From the sequence record SRR22947727_2287: a DNA stretch of 42,969 nucleotides; one strand, 5' to 3'. Position numbers and translations under genes: made by a program. Below the pieces are notes generated by a model. It ran no database searches. It was not told the DNA's origin and was given only the letters and a program-made list of their open reading frames with translations. Positions 17,211 through 27,643 of the stretch are shown piece after piece (the stretch's first letter is position 1; each line of letters opens with the position of its first letter).

Positions 17211-19838
17211 ATGAGAACAACAATAGACCAATTTAATAAAACAAAATATAAAGCAGCTATTAGTTTATTGCTAATAGCTCCTTTTATGATTGGCCAAGAA
17301 ATTGAAGAAGTTGTAGTAAGCGGTTCATTTATTCCAGATGAAAAAAGAGATACATCTGAAATATCAGCAATCTTAGATTCTTCTGAAATTGAAAGAACCG
17401 GTGATGACAACATCGCAGTTGCTTTAACTAGACTTACTGGCCTAAGTTTAGTTAGAGGTAAGTATGTTTACGTTAGAGGCTTGGGTGAAAGATACTCTGC
17501 GGCAACCTTGAATGGCTCCAATTTACCCAGTCCAGAGCCATTAAAGAGAGTTGTGCCACTTGATTTATTTCCTACTCAAATAATTAATTCATCGGTGATA
17601 CAAAAAACTTATTCTGCTGACATGCCTGGAGAGTTTGGTGGAGGTATTATTGAAATAGAGACCAAGCCAGCTCCTTCAGAGAGAATATTAGATTTCTCTT
17701 TTTCATCTGGATTTAATGATGCAACAAGTTTGTCTGATGGTTTGTTATATGATGGCGGAAGTGATGATGACATCGGATATGACGACGGCACTAGAGATTT
17801 TCCTAATATGGTGCAAGAAGCTATAAATAGAAATCAAAAATTAGATAGATCTAATTTTCAAACATACGAATTAGCAAATGCTGGTCGTGAATTTGAGAAT
17901 TCAAAGTTGTGGGTTATCCAAGAGGGAGAAGTTCCTTTAGATTCATCATTTAATTTTACTTATGGAGATGAGCTTGATATTTCTATTGATGAAATACTTG
18001 GAGATTCAAGTGCAACTTTTGGTGTTATGTTTACTGCGGGTATGAGAAGCTCATGGGATACGCAGGATGGTACTCGTCAAACTGGAACACTTCAAGCGCA
18101 AGGTGATGGTACTGCCGATGTTATTGTATCAAATGATAAAACATTTTTAAGTACCTCTAACGATGTTACATCCTACGCGATGTCAGTTCTTGGAATTGAT
18201 ACAGATTCTTATGAACTTAAATATACTGGTATGTATATTCACAAGGGAACAAAAAGAGCAAGAACTCTTCAAGGTTACGACTCAAGTGATGCTGGAAATG
18301 TTAGAGAAGATTTCACAGAGTTTTTTGAGAGAGAATTGACCAATAATCAAATTAACTATACATATTTATATGATAGTGGAGCAGAGCTAGATTTAAGATT
18401 AACTTCTGGAGAAGCATCAAGACATTCACCTTATGAAAGAGTAGTATTTTATGAAGATACTGATGATAGAGGTTTCTGGAGATATGATGTCAATACAGGA
18501 AGAAACCAAACTCAGTTTAGTTATGTTAACGATAAGAATGAGAATATAGGTCTAGACTTAACTTATCCTATCCAAATTTTTGAAACTGATGCTGTTTTAA
18601 AGGTTGGCTATGATTTAACTGAAAATAACAGAGATGCTCAAGTTAGAAGTTATAGATTTTTAGCAGAAGGTGGGCCTATCCCTCAAGATGGTTTAGATAA
18701 TAGAATTGATTACATTTTTGAAGATAAAAACTTTGACCCTTCAAGATTAATTCTAATAGAAAATACAGCAGCATCATCCCCAGCTGGTTATCAGGGTGAA
18801 CTTACCACCGATTCAATGTATTTGACGCTAGATACGTATATAAATGAAAAGTATAGACTTGCTGTTGGTGTGAGATCTGAAAATGGTGAGCAAATGGTAA
18901 ATACATATGATGTATTTCAGCCCGTAGATTTAAATATAGAAAAGGTTCTTGATGAAGATTATATGCTGCCATCATTCACTCTTACATATTTACCTGAATT
19001 CAACGAAAATCTACAATTTAGATTAGGTCTATCTCAAACTATAGCAAGACCAACATTTAGAGAGCTTTCACCAACATTATTTATAGATGTTGATACTGAT
19101 AGAGTTATTGCAGGTTCATTGTATTTAGAAAATACAGAGCTTGATAATATTGATTTTAGAGCAGAGTACTATTGGAGTACTAATCAATTTATAACCGCTG
19201 GATTATTTTATAAAGATATATCTAAACCTATTGAAGAAGTTGTTAATGAGTCAGGTGACCTTATTGTTACCTCTTATCAAAATGTTCCTGGTGCTGAATT
19301 AACCGGTTTTGAGTTAGAGTATGAAAGAGTATTTGAAGACTTATTACCAAACTCATCTTGGGGCAATTCAAAGGAATTTCTTTTAAAAATGAATCTTACT
19401 GCTACTGAATCAGAAGTTATATATGGAGCTAATGATACTTATGTAAATAGCCAAGGATCATTAATTAATGCTGCTTCATTATTTGCAAATGGAAGAGACA
19501 CACGTCTTCAAGGTCAATCAGATATTATTGGAAATATTCAATTAGGTTGGGATGATTTCCAAAACGGATCTCAAGGCACATTAATTATTAACTATGTGAG
19601 TGATAGAGTTCGTGCGAGAGGTATAGATGTTCTTCCGGATGTTATTGAAGAACCTCCACTTTTAGTTGATTTTGTATATTCAAAAGAAATATTCTACGAT
19701 ACTTCAATATTAAAGCTATCTTTAGAGCTCAGAAACCTCTTAGACGAAGAGTATTATGCATCAATGGCTTCTTCAGTTATTTACGATCAATATAAACTAG
19801 GTACCTCAGTCTCACTGGGTGTTAAGTTTAGTTTTTAA
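17211..19838 (+). CDS. TonB-dependent receptor
   Basis: GGAG SD precedes ATG 17211 (preferred over TTG 17199). TonB box IEEVVVSG, plug motifs YVYVRGLGERY and VPLDLFP...KTYSADMPGEFGGG, ARPTFREL, NLLDE, and C-terminal VKFSF. Confidence 0.93.
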   Translation: MRTTIDQFNKTKYKAAISLLLIAPFMIGQEIEEVVVSGSFIPDEKRDTSEISAILDSSEIERTGDDNIAVALTRLTGLSLVRGKYVYVRGLGERYSAATLNGSNLPSPEPLKRVVPLDLFPTQIINSSVIQKTYSADMPGEFGGGIIEIETKPAPSERILDFSFSSGFNDATSLSDGLLYDGGSDDDIGYDDGTRDFPNMVQEAINRNQKLDRSNFQTYELANAGREFENSKLWVIQEGEVPLDSSFNFTYGDELDISIDEILGDSSATFGVMFTAGMRSSWDTQDGTRQTGTLQAQGDGTADVIVSNDKTFLSTSNDVTSYAMSVLGIDTDSYELKYTGMYIHKGTKRARTLQGYDSSDAGNVREDFTEFFERELTNNQINYTYLYDSGAELDLRLTSGEASRHSPYERVVFYEDTDDRGFWRYDVNTGRNQTQFSYVNDKNENIGLDLTYPIQIFETDAVLKVGYDLTENNRDAQVRSYRFLAEGGPIPQDGLDNRIDYIFEDKNFDPSRLILIENTAASSPAGYQGELTTDSMYLTLDTYINEKYRLAVGVRSENGEQMVNTYDVFQPVDLNIEKVLDEDYMLPSFTLTYLPEFNENLQFRLGLSQTIARPTFRELSPTLFIDVDTDRVIAGSLYLENTELDNIDFRAEYYWSTNQFITAGLFYKDISKPIEEVVNESGDLIVTSYQNVPGAELTGFELEYERVFEDLLPNSSWGNSKEFLLKMNLTATESEVIYGANDTYVNSQGSLINAASLFANGRDTRLQGQSDIIGNIQLGWDDFQNGSQGTLIINYVSDRVRARGIDVLPDVIEEPPLLVDFVYSKEIFYDTSILKLSLELRNLLDEEYYASMASSVIYDQYKLGTSVSLGVKFSF

Positions 19839-19851
19839 TTGTTAAGTAAAA

Positions 19852-19882
19852 ATATGGGCTACAATAGTAGCCCTATATTTTT
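19852..19882 (+). terminator. Stem-loop between the TonB receptor and gspC (partial terminator or mRNA stabiliser)
   Basis: GGGCTAC-AATA-GTAGCCC (19856-19873) followed by TATATTTTT, directly before the gspC ATG. Confidence 0.6.
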
Positions 19883-20284
19883 ATGTTAAATTTTAAACTC
19901 ATTAAAAAAGTATCTTTATCTGCACTGATAATACCTGCGGTATTTATTATATTTTTAATTATTTCCTCTAATATTGATAAACCAAAAATATTAAAATTAG
20001 ATAATATAAATCTTAATGATTTCAAAACTAACTCTCCATCAATAAAAGAAGATGAAATCTTAATTGAAGAAAATAATCAAGTAGAATTTAACTACAAATT
20101 AATTGGTATAAGATCTGGAAATGAAGACTCTTCTGTAATTGTTAAAAAAGGAAATAAAGAATTTCTTGTTGTACTTGGAGACATTCTTGAAGGCTCATTT
20201 GAACTTGTCGAGGTAAACCAAAATGATGCTTTATTCCGTAAAGGGCAAAAAATGTATAGAATTGAGAGACAAAAAGATAAATAG
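19883..20284 (+). CDS. gspC: Type II secretion protein C-like (TM plus HR domain, no PDZ)
   Basis: N-terminal TM, YKLIGI...SSVIV...GD.L...LVEV HR-domain pattern, and position directly before gspD. Confidence 0.7.
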   Translation: MLNFKLIKKVSLSALIIPAVFIIFLIISSNIDKPKILKLDNINLNDFKTNSPSIKEDEILIEENNQVEFNYKLIGIRSGNEDSSVIVKKGNKEFLVVLGDILEGSFELVEVNQNDALFRKGQKMYRIERQKDK

Positions 20285-20289
20285 GTAGT

Positions 20290-22146
20290 ATGCAAACTTT
20301 TAATAAAATTTTACTAGTATTAATGTTTTCGTTCGGAAGCATTCATTCTCTTTACTCACAAGATTCTTTTATCCTAAATTATGAAGATGTCGATATTAAA
20401 AAAGTAACTCAAGATATAGCTCAATTTTCAAAAAAAACAATTATCCTTGACCCAAGAGTTAAAGGAAGAGTAACAATTTATTCTAATGCAAATTTAAATA
20501 GAACTCAGGTATGGGATGTATATTTAAGAACAATTCAAGTAAATGGTTTTAGTGCTATTGTAGAAGACAGTTTTGTTAGAGTTGTTCCAGAAAACGAGGC
20601 TACAAGAGATAAGAATGCTTCATCAGAATCCTCTGGTGATTATCAGACAGTTGTTTTACCCTTATTTAATAGATCAACTGAAGAGATTCTGCCAATGATT
20701 AAGCCAATCACCGGAAGACAATCTCATCTATCTAGTATTCCATCAGTAAACTCCATTTTACTAGTTGACAGAGTAAGTAATGTAGAAAGAATCAGCAATT
20801 TAATAAAAGATCTTGATAAAAATAATACTGCTAAAATCTCGATATTAAAGCTTGATAATCTATCATCAATCGAAGCAGTAAGAATATTAGATAAGTTAAA
20901 GGCTCAAAACAACCCAACAATTAACAAATTTATTGCTATTCCATTTAGTCCATCTAATTCCGTAATAGTTTCAGCTAATGAATTTGTTACTGCTAACATT
21001 AAAGATACACTTAAATCACTAGACGGGGATGTTAAATCAGACGATTCCATTGATGTTATATATTTAAAATATGCAAAATCTGCAGATATAGCTTCAATAT
21101 TAAACTCTATTTCTGGGGGTTTTATTCCTGATGCTGATGGCATCAAAACTGTAATCACTCATCATGAAAAAACTAATTCCTTAATTGTTTCATCAGCTGA
21201 AGCAAACCTTAGTACAATCAGGAATATCATTTCCCAACTGGATATAAGAAGAGCTCAAGTCTTAGTTGAGGCAATTATTGTAGAGCTTTCAGAAACAGCA
21301 GCAAAAAATCTTGGAATTGAGACCATTTTCAATGGAACTGATAAAGACAGCGTACCAATTGGTATAACAAGGTTTGGAGGCTCAGGTCCAGATTTACTCT
21401 CAATAGTTGGATCTGCAGCTGACAGTACAGACGTAACTTTATCGACTACTGCATCAGCTTCATTACTAAATACCCAAGGGTTAATTGCTGGTTTTGGTGA
21501 CCTAACTCCTGGCAAAGATAACTTTGTTGGTATTATCAATGCAATATCCCAAGACTCTAATTCAAATATTCTCTCAACTCCTTCAATTATGGCGATGGAT
21601 AATGAGCTTGCAACTTCTATCATTGGTCAAGAGATTCCCATCACAACGGGTGAAAGTTTAGGAACAAATAATGCAAATCCATTTAGAACAACATCAAGAC
21701 AAGAAGTTGGTATTAAGCTTGAAGTAACACCCCAGATAAATGAAGGCAGTTCAGTAGTTCTTCAGATTAAAATTGAGGTTTCAGGTGTTGCAGGAGTTCC
21801 TATGAGCGGCATAGATATTATTACTAACAAAAGAGCCATCGAAACAACAGCACTTGTTGATAATAATCAAATTATTGTATTAGGTGGACTTGTTGATGAG
21901 GACACACAAGATAGTATTTCTAAAGTTCCTTTTCTTGGTTCACTTCCTTTGCTTGGAAAATTATTTCAATCTTCGTCATCTACAACTGTTAAGAAAAATC
22001 TAATGGTTTTTTTAAGACCCACAATAATCACTGATTCAAATTCAGCAAATGCAACTTCAAATGAAAAATATAACTATATTAAAGCAAGACAAATGCTTTC
22101 AGGCGAATCAACTAAGTTAATCGACTTAACTGAAACTCAAGATTAA
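20290..22146 (+). CDS. gspD: Type II secretion secretin D
   Basis: LNYEDVDI, ILDPRVKGRVT, LDIRRAQVLVEAIIVE, GQEIP, VGIKLEVTPQINEG, KVPFLGSLP and LMVFLRPTI motifs. Confidence 0.95.
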   Translation: MQTFNKILLVLMFSFGSIHSLYSQDSFILNYEDVDIKKVTQDIAQFSKKTIILDPRVKGRVTIYSNANLNRTQVWDVYLRTIQVNGFSAIVEDSFVRVVPENEATRDKNASSESSGDYQTVVLPLFNRSTEEILPMIKPITGRQSHLSSIPSVNSILLVDRVSNVERISNLIKDLDKNNTAKISILKLDNLSSIEAVRILDKLKAQNNPTINKFIAIPFSPSNSVIVSANEFVTANIKDTLKSLDGDVKSDDSIDVIYLKYAKSADIASILNSISGGFIPDADGIKTVITHHEKTNSLIVSSAEANLSTIRNIISQLDIRRAQVLVEAIIVELSETAAKNLGIETIFNGTDKDSVPIGITRFGGSGPDLLSIVGSAADSTDVTLSTTASASLLNTQGLIAGFGDLTPGKDNFVGIINAISQDSNSNILSTPSIMAMDNELATSIIGQEIPITTGESLGTNNANPFRTTSRQEVGIKLEVTPQINEGSSVVLQIKIEVSGVAGVPMSGIDIITNKRAIETTALVDNNQIIVLGGLVDEDTQDSISKVPFLGSLPLLGKLFQSSSSTTVKKNLMVFLRPTIITDSNSANATSNEKYNYIKARQMLSGESTKLIDLTETQD

Positions 22147-22152
22147 CAAAAA

Positions 22153-23652
22153 ATGTCTGATACAGAAGTAAGACACAATACCTTTAATATTTTTCCGTAT
22201 GACTTTGTAAAAGAAAATCAAGTTATAGCAAATATTACTAAAGACGGTTATGAGGTTATTTCACCCAATAAAATATCACCTGATTTATATCATGAAATAT
22301 ACAAGTTCCTAAAAAATGACTTTATTTTAACTTTATGTAATGCAGAAAATTTTAATGAATTATTAACTAATACTTTTTCTATTAATAATGCATCTAATGA
22401 TATTTCTGAGGAGTTATCCGATGAGTTTGATCTTCAAACTTTTGCTGGATCTATTTCTGCCACTGAAGATTTACTTAGCGGTTCAAATGATACTCCTATA
22501 ATTAAGTTAATAAATGGAGTAATTAGTCAGGCAATTAAAGCTAGGGCATCTGATATACATTTTGAGCCCTATGAAGATAGAATTGTTGTTAGGTTTAGGG
22601 TGGATGGAATTCTTAGGGAAGTTCTTTCTCAAGATAGCAAGATTTCATCTGTTTTAATATCAAGAATAAAAATTATTTCAGGCTTAGATATCTCAGAAAG
22701 AAGACTGCCTCAAGATGGCAGGGTATCTCTTTCCCTAGGAGATAAAAGTATTGATGTGAGAGTTTCGACTTTACCTTCGTCATATGGTGAGCGAGTTGTT
22801 TTAAGACTTCTTGATAAGCAATCGGCTCAAATAAACATAGAAGATTTAGGTCTGCCATCTAAAATACTTTCAAACTACAAATCTTCTCTTAAGAACCCTG
22901 AGGGTATAATTTTATTCACAGGGCCTACAGGTTCAGGAAAAACTACTACTTTATATGCAGGTCTAAGGTACTTAAGTGATTCTTCACAAAATATACTTAC
23001 AGTAGAAGACCCAATTGAATATACGTTGAGAGGGATAGGCCAGACCCAAGTAAATCCTAAGACAGGGTATACATTTGCCAGAGGTCTTAGAGCAATTCTC
23101 AGACAAGATCCAGATGTCGTAATGGTTGGTGAAATGAGAGATGTTGAGACAGCTCAGATTGGTATTCAAGCAAGTTTAACAGGGCATTTAGTTCTTTCAA
23201 CAGTTCATACAAATAGTGCTATTGCAGCTATTACAAGATTGAGAGATATGGGTATCGAGTCTTTTTTGCTAGCTTCTAGCTTAAGAACAATAATCTCTCA
23301 GAGACTTGTAAGAAGATTGTGTTTGGATTGCAAAAAAGAAGAAGTAGCTTCAACTCAAGCACAAAAACTATTTAATTTAGATTCATCTCAAAAGGTGTGG
23401 AGCTCAATTGGTTGTAGTTCATGCTCTCACACAGGCTATCAAGGAAGAATTGCTATTGCAGAATGCATACAGATAGACAAAGAATTAAAAGAATTAATAC
23501 ACAATAATGCATCAGAAAATGCAATAGCAAACCATGTATTTAAAGAGAATAAATCTATTGATGATGCATCTCTAGAATTACTAAAAAATGGTACTACCTC
23601 TTGCGAAGAACTTATAAGAGTTGGAAATCTGAAAGAAGATGTCAACATTTAA
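22153..23652 (+). CDS. gspE: Type II secretion ATPase E
   Basis: ASDIHFEP, RLPQDGR, Walker A GPTGSGKTT, VEDPIE, LRQDPDVVMVGEMRD, and CxxC...CxxC. Confidence 0.96.
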   Translation: MSDTEVRHNTFNIFPYDFVKENQVIANITKDGYEVISPNKISPDLYHEIYKFLKNDFILTLCNAENFNELLTNTFSINNASNDISEELSDEFDLQTFAGSISATEDLLSGSNDTPIIKLINGVISQAIKARASDIHFEPYEDRIVVRFRVDGILREVLSQDSKISSVLISRIKIISGLDISERRLPQDGRVSLSLGDKSIDVRVSTLPSSYGERVVLRLLDKQSAQINIEDLGLPSKILSNYKSSLKNPEGIILFTGPTGSGKTTTLYAGLRYLSDSSQNILTVEDPIEYTLRGIGQTQVNPKTGYTFARGLRAILRQDPDVVMVGEMRDVETAQIGIQASLTGHLVLSTVHTNSAIAAITRLRDMGIESFLLASSLRTIISQRLVRRLCLDCKKEEVASTQAQKLFNLDSSQKVWSSIGCSSCSHTGYQGRIAIAECIQIDKELKELIHNNASENAIANHVFKENKSIDDASLELLKNGTTSCEELIRVGNLKEDVNI

Positions 23653-24835
23653 CTATACAGCTCTTGATAAGCTAGGAAAAAAGAAAAAAGGAGTACTTAG
23701 TGCTCAGTCCGAAAGAGAAGCAAGAAAATTTATAAAAGACCTTAATTTCACCCCTATAACAGTTACTCAGTCAGAGGGTGTTAGGGGTATAAAATCTAAA
23801 TTTAAAAACAAAGATATAGTAATTATGACAAGGCAAATAGCAACGCTTCTAGAGGCAAATATGTCCATCATAGATGCTTTAAAAATTACTGCAGATCAGA
23901 TAAATAATAAAGATCTTATAACTATCTTATATAGCCTAAGAGAGGATGTAATCCAGGGTAAAAGGCTTGGTCAGTCGATGATGAAGTACCCTGGAGTATT
24001 TAATAATACATATTCATCACTTGTTACGGCAGGTGACTCGTCAGGAAATCTGGATACTATATTTAATAAATTAGCAGACTATCTTGAAGAAAGTGCTTCA
24101 ATACGCCAAAAAGTTATTTCAGCATTAACCTACCCATTTATATTAATTGGTTTTTCGATCATAGTGATAATATCTCTTTTAGTTTTTGTTTTACCTCAAG
24201 TAATCAATCAGTTCATTAAAGCGGGAGCTGAACTACCATTAATTACAAAATTATTACTTGGTTTGTCTAATAATATATTTATTATTCTCTTTGTTATTTT
24301 GGCCATGTCTATAGGCTTAACTCTTTTATACAAGAAGTTCATCTCTCAGAAAAATAATCATATATCGGCCCATAAACAGTTTCTTAAGATCCCGCTTATA
24401 GGTAATTTTATTCTAACTTCAGAAATTGAAAGGTTTTCAAGCACCATGGCTTTGATCATGGAATCAGGAACTAATTTAGATACTGCCTTGGATGAGTCTG
24501 CTAAAGTTTTTAATAATAAATATTTAAATAGTCTAATAATTGAAGCTAAAAATGATGTTATTGAGGGTAAAGACTTTATATATTCATTAAATCAAACAAA
24601 TATTTTTCCAGAAATATTTATTCAACTTATATCAAGTGGTTATAAATCTGGAAATATAATTAAAATGTTTCATAAATCCTCAAGTTTTTTAAAGAACGAA
24701 ATTGAAACCAAAAGATCTATTTTCTTATCATTACTAGAACCTCTTGTTATTATTTTTATGGGCGGATTTATAATGTTAATAGTTCTAGCTATACTTATAC
24801 CAATAATGCAAATGAACACACTTTCCTTGGGATAA
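23639..24835 (+). CDS. gspF: Type II secretion inner-membrane protein F
   Basis: FNYTALD..GK, TRQIATLL, AGDSSGNLD, SALTYP, LLEP and AILIPI motifs. Confidence 0.95.
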   Translation: MSTFNYTALDKLGKKKKGVLSAQSEREARKFIKDLNFTPITVTQSEGVRGIKSKFKNKDIVIMTRQIATLLEANMSIIDALKITADQINNKDLITILYSLREDVIQGKRLGQSMMKYPGVFNNTYSSLVTAGDSSGNLDTIFNKLADYLEESASIRQKVISALTYPFILIGFSIIVIISLLVFVLPQVINQFIKAGAELPLITKLLLGLSNNIFIILFVILAMSIGLTLLYKKFISQKNNHISAHKQFLKIPLIGNFILTSEIERFSSTMALIMESGTNLDTALDESAKVFNNKYLNSLIIEAKNDVIEGKDFIYSLNQTNIFPEIFIQLISSGYKSGNIIKMFHKSSSFLKNEIETKRSIFLSLLEPLVIIFMGGFIMLIVLAILIPIMQMNTLSLG

Positions 24836-24840
24836 AATAA

Positions 24841-25269
24841 ATGAAAAAGAATGAAAAAGGTTTCACGTTAATAGAATTAATGGCTGTTCTGGTAATACTT
24901 GGAATACTTGGAACTATAGTTGTTGTAAATGTTGCTCCAGTATTTCAAAGAGCAAATCTAGAAAAAATAAAAGCTGATATAGCTCAGACTGAAAAAGCTT
25001 TAGAAATGTATAAATTCAATGAACTGCAATATCCAACAACATCTCAAGGACTCGAGGCTTTAATTATTCCAAATGCCTCATTAAGGAATCCTTATTTATT
25101 TCCTGAGGATGGTTACATATCTTCTTTGCCTTTAGATCCATGGGGTAGGGAATACCTTTATGAATTCCCACCAAGAAAATCAAAAAAGTTTGATTTATAT
25201 ACACTAGGATCAGATGGAATGGAGGGTGGTACTGGAGATGACACTGACATCGGCAACTGGATGCAATAA
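24841..25269 (+). CDS. gspG: Major pseudopilin G
   Basis: KG-FTLIELM prepilin motif, YPTTSQGLEALI, PLDPWGREY, and GSDGMEGGTGDDTDIGNW. Confidence 0.96.
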   Translation: MKKNEKGFTLIELMAVLVILGILGTIVVVNVAPVFQRANLEKIKADIAQTEKALEMYKFNELQYPTTSQGLEALIIPNASLRNPYLFPEDGYISSLPLDPWGREYLYEFPPRKSKKFDLYTLGSDGMEGGTGDDTDIGNWMQ

Positions 25270-25753
25270 ATTATCTAAAGGTTTTACACTTATTGAAATA
25301 TTAATAGTCCTTATTATAATCGGAATAGCTTCATCATTAATATTTTTAAATTTTAGTTCCGCTTCATCAATTGCAAAGAACCAGTCCTCTTTTCAAAATG
25401 CTTTTAATTTTCTTACAGAGGAAAGCATTGTTACTGGCAATATAATCGGCTGGCATGCAAATAATGAAAATGAGTTTTCTTATATTTTAGATTATAAAAA
25501 TACATTCATAGAAAACTTAGATAACCCATATTCTAATAATTGGAATAATTTATCACAATTTAGAAAAACTTATCAATCGTCTGATGGGTCTATAATTGAT
25601 TTTGAAAATTACAAAGAGGATTTACCTTTAATAATATTTTATCCGTCCGGAGAAAACTCAGGTGGAATAATTAGTATTTTTCTTAATGACTACATTCAAC
25701 AAATTACTATAAATACAAATGGAAAGATTATTTCTGAAATCACTTCGGATTAG
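25238..25753 (+). CDS. gspH: Minor pseudopilin H
   Basis: KG-FTLIEIL motif and IIFYPSGE. Start is uncertain; ATG 25238, overlapping the gspG 3' end, is preferred over 25214. Confidence 0.85.
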   Translation: MTLTSATGCNKLSKGFTLIEILIVLIIIGIASSLIFLNFSSASSIAKNQSSFQNAFNFLTEESIVTGNIIGWHANNENEFSYILDYKNTFIENLDNPYSNNWNNLSQFRKTYQSSDGSIIDFENYKEDLPLIIFYPSGENSGGIISIFLNDYIQQITINTNGKIISEITSD

Positions 25754-26105
25754 CAGAGGCTTCAGTCTAATTGAGGTTGTTGTTGCTTTATTTATATTAA
25801 GCACGTCAATAATAGTTATATATAATCTAATTTTATCAACCAACGTTTCTATTTTTAATTTACAAGATCATTATCTATCTAAAGAGGTTGCAAATAATAG
25901 GATTGCATTAATACATTCTATTGAAAAACCAAGTATTAATTCATATAGGGATGGTTATATGGAAATGGGTGGAAAAACTTGGGAGTGGCAAGAAAATTTT
26001 AAAGAAGTCGATACAAAAGATTTCATAAAATACGAAATACTAATCAAATTAAAAGATTCTGAGAGATACATATATAGAACAGAAGGGTTTATAGTAAATG
26101 AATAA
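25719..26105 (+). CDS. gspI: Minor pseudopilin I
   Basis: RG-FSLIEVVVAL motif, VANNRI, GYMEMGGKTWEW, and operon position. Confidence 0.88.
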   Translation: MERLFLKSLRISRGFSLIEVVVALFILSTSIIVIYNLILSTNVSIFNLQDHYLSKEVANNRIALIHSIEKPSINSYRDGYMEMGGKTWEWQENFKEVDTKDFIKYEILIKLKDSERYIYRTEGFIVNE

Positions 26106-26694
26106 TAAAGGATTCACTATAATAGAGGTATTAGTGACCCTAATTATCTTGTCAATGATAGCTATAATCACCTCAAATATTTTACAATCTTCATTAGAAT
26201 CTGAGAAAGAGTCTACTCAACGCCTAAATTCAATAAAAGAACTTAACTTAGCATCTAGTATTTTAAGAAGAGATATCAGGCAAATTGCTAATGTTTCTAT
26301 AAAAGATTTCTATGGCAATAAGATGTATGGAACATTTATTAGTGAATTAAACTCAGATAATTTAATGTTTACAACCAAGGTAAAGTCTTTTTCAAATGCA
26401 GTATCTCCTCTTAAAAGAGTTCAATATGTGGTTGAGGACAAGAATTTTGTTAGAAAACAATATTACTCTTCAAACCCATACAACCAAGATGAGTATGTAA
26501 AGTCAATCATCATAAATGATATTGACAAGCTCCAGTTATATTTCTTGAATGAAAATAAATGGCATCAATCTTGGCCGGTTAGTCCAATTACTTCAAAAAA
26601 AATACCAACTCTTATAAAGATTGAGTTCAGTTTAGACAATAAAGACTATAACTGGATTATCAATCCAAATATTGATTATGCATTACAAAACTAA
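26098..26694 (+). CDS. gspJ: Minor pseudopilin J
   Basis: KG-FTIIEVLV motif, LRRDIRQ, RVQY, WHQSWP, and operon position. Confidence 0.88.
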   Translation: MNNKGFTIIEVLVTLIILSMIAIITSNILQSSLESEKESTQRLNSIKELNLASSILRRDIRQIANVSIKDFYGNKMYGTFISELNSDNLMFTTKVKSFSNAVSPLKRVQYVVEDKNFVRKQYYSSNPYNQDEYVKSIIINDIDKLQLYFLNENKWHQSWPVSPITSKKIPTLIKIEFSLDNKDYNWIINPNIDYALQN

Positions 26695-27643
26695 AGGAGT
26701 TGTATTAATTTCAGTCCTCCTAACTGTTTTATTGCTATCCTCTATTGCTGTAGTAATTGGTAATAACTACTTTGTTTCTTTTAAAAGAGCTCAGTATTTA
26801 GAATTCCAAACGGTATCCTTAAATATTTTTTCAAGCATAGAATCGTTAGCATTAAAAAAAATTGACAATGAATTAAGGTTTAATTCGAAAGTCCATGCTA
26901 ATAATAACGCTCTTTTTAGCAATGATTTTATATTTGAGACTCAAAAGGGTTTGGTTAGTGGAAAAATTATAGATGCTTCAAATTGCTTTAATATCAATGC
27001 TTTACTTAAAAAAACTAAGAACACTTACAAACCTAATAAGGATAATATTGTTATTTTTAAGAGATTGTTAATGTTTAGTGAGGTTGAAAATAATTTAATA
27101 GATGAAGCTATTGATCAAATTATAGATTGGATTGATGAGGATGATAACCCAAGAGCTTTTGGCCTTGAAGATTACTATTATTCAGGACCACTTAATAATC
27201 CAAAAGAATACACATCAGGAAGAACTTTTTATAGTATTCAAGAAATTAAAAGCTTGCCAGCAATAAGAGCTATAGGTTGGGAGGTCTTTATGAAATACTT
27301 CTGTGCACTTCCTCACAATGATTTATCAATTAATATAAATACGATTACGGGGAATAAGTCATTACTCCTAAGCTCTTTATTTGAAAACCTTTCTTACAGT
27401 GATGCTGAATATGTTATTGATAACATTCCCGAGAATGGCATCAAGAACCTAAACGAACTATCAGATTTATTTCCATCATATAATTTAGAAAAGTCTCAAG
27501 ATTACATCAAGTTCTCTTCAAATACCTTTGAATTAATAACAAGTCTTTCATATGAGAACTATTATTCAGAATCTAAAAGTAAAATTTACTATGGCGCTAA
27601 TAATAATAGCTATATTACTTCAAGAATTTATAATGGTATTTAA
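26672..27643 (+). CDS. gspK: Minor pseudopilin K
   Basis: KG-VVLISVL (no Glu+5, typical of GspK), CFNINAL, IIDWIDED, CALP and ININT motifs. Confidence 0.9.
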   Translation: MIMHYKTKGVVLISVLLTVLLLSSIAVVIGNNYFVSFKRAQYLEFQTVSLNIFSSIESLALKKIDNELRFNSKVHANNNALFSNDFIFETQKGLVSGKIIDASNCFNINALLKKTKNTYKPNKDNIVIFKRLLMFSEVENNLIDEAIDQIIDWIDEDDNPRAFGLEDYYYSGPLNNPKEYTSGRTFYSIQEIKSLPAIRAIGWEVFMKYFCALPHNDLSININTITGNKSLLLSSLFENLSYSDAEYVIDNIPENGIKNLNELSDLFPSYNLEKSQDYIKFSSNTFELITSLSYENYYSESKSKIYYGANNNSYITSRIYNGI

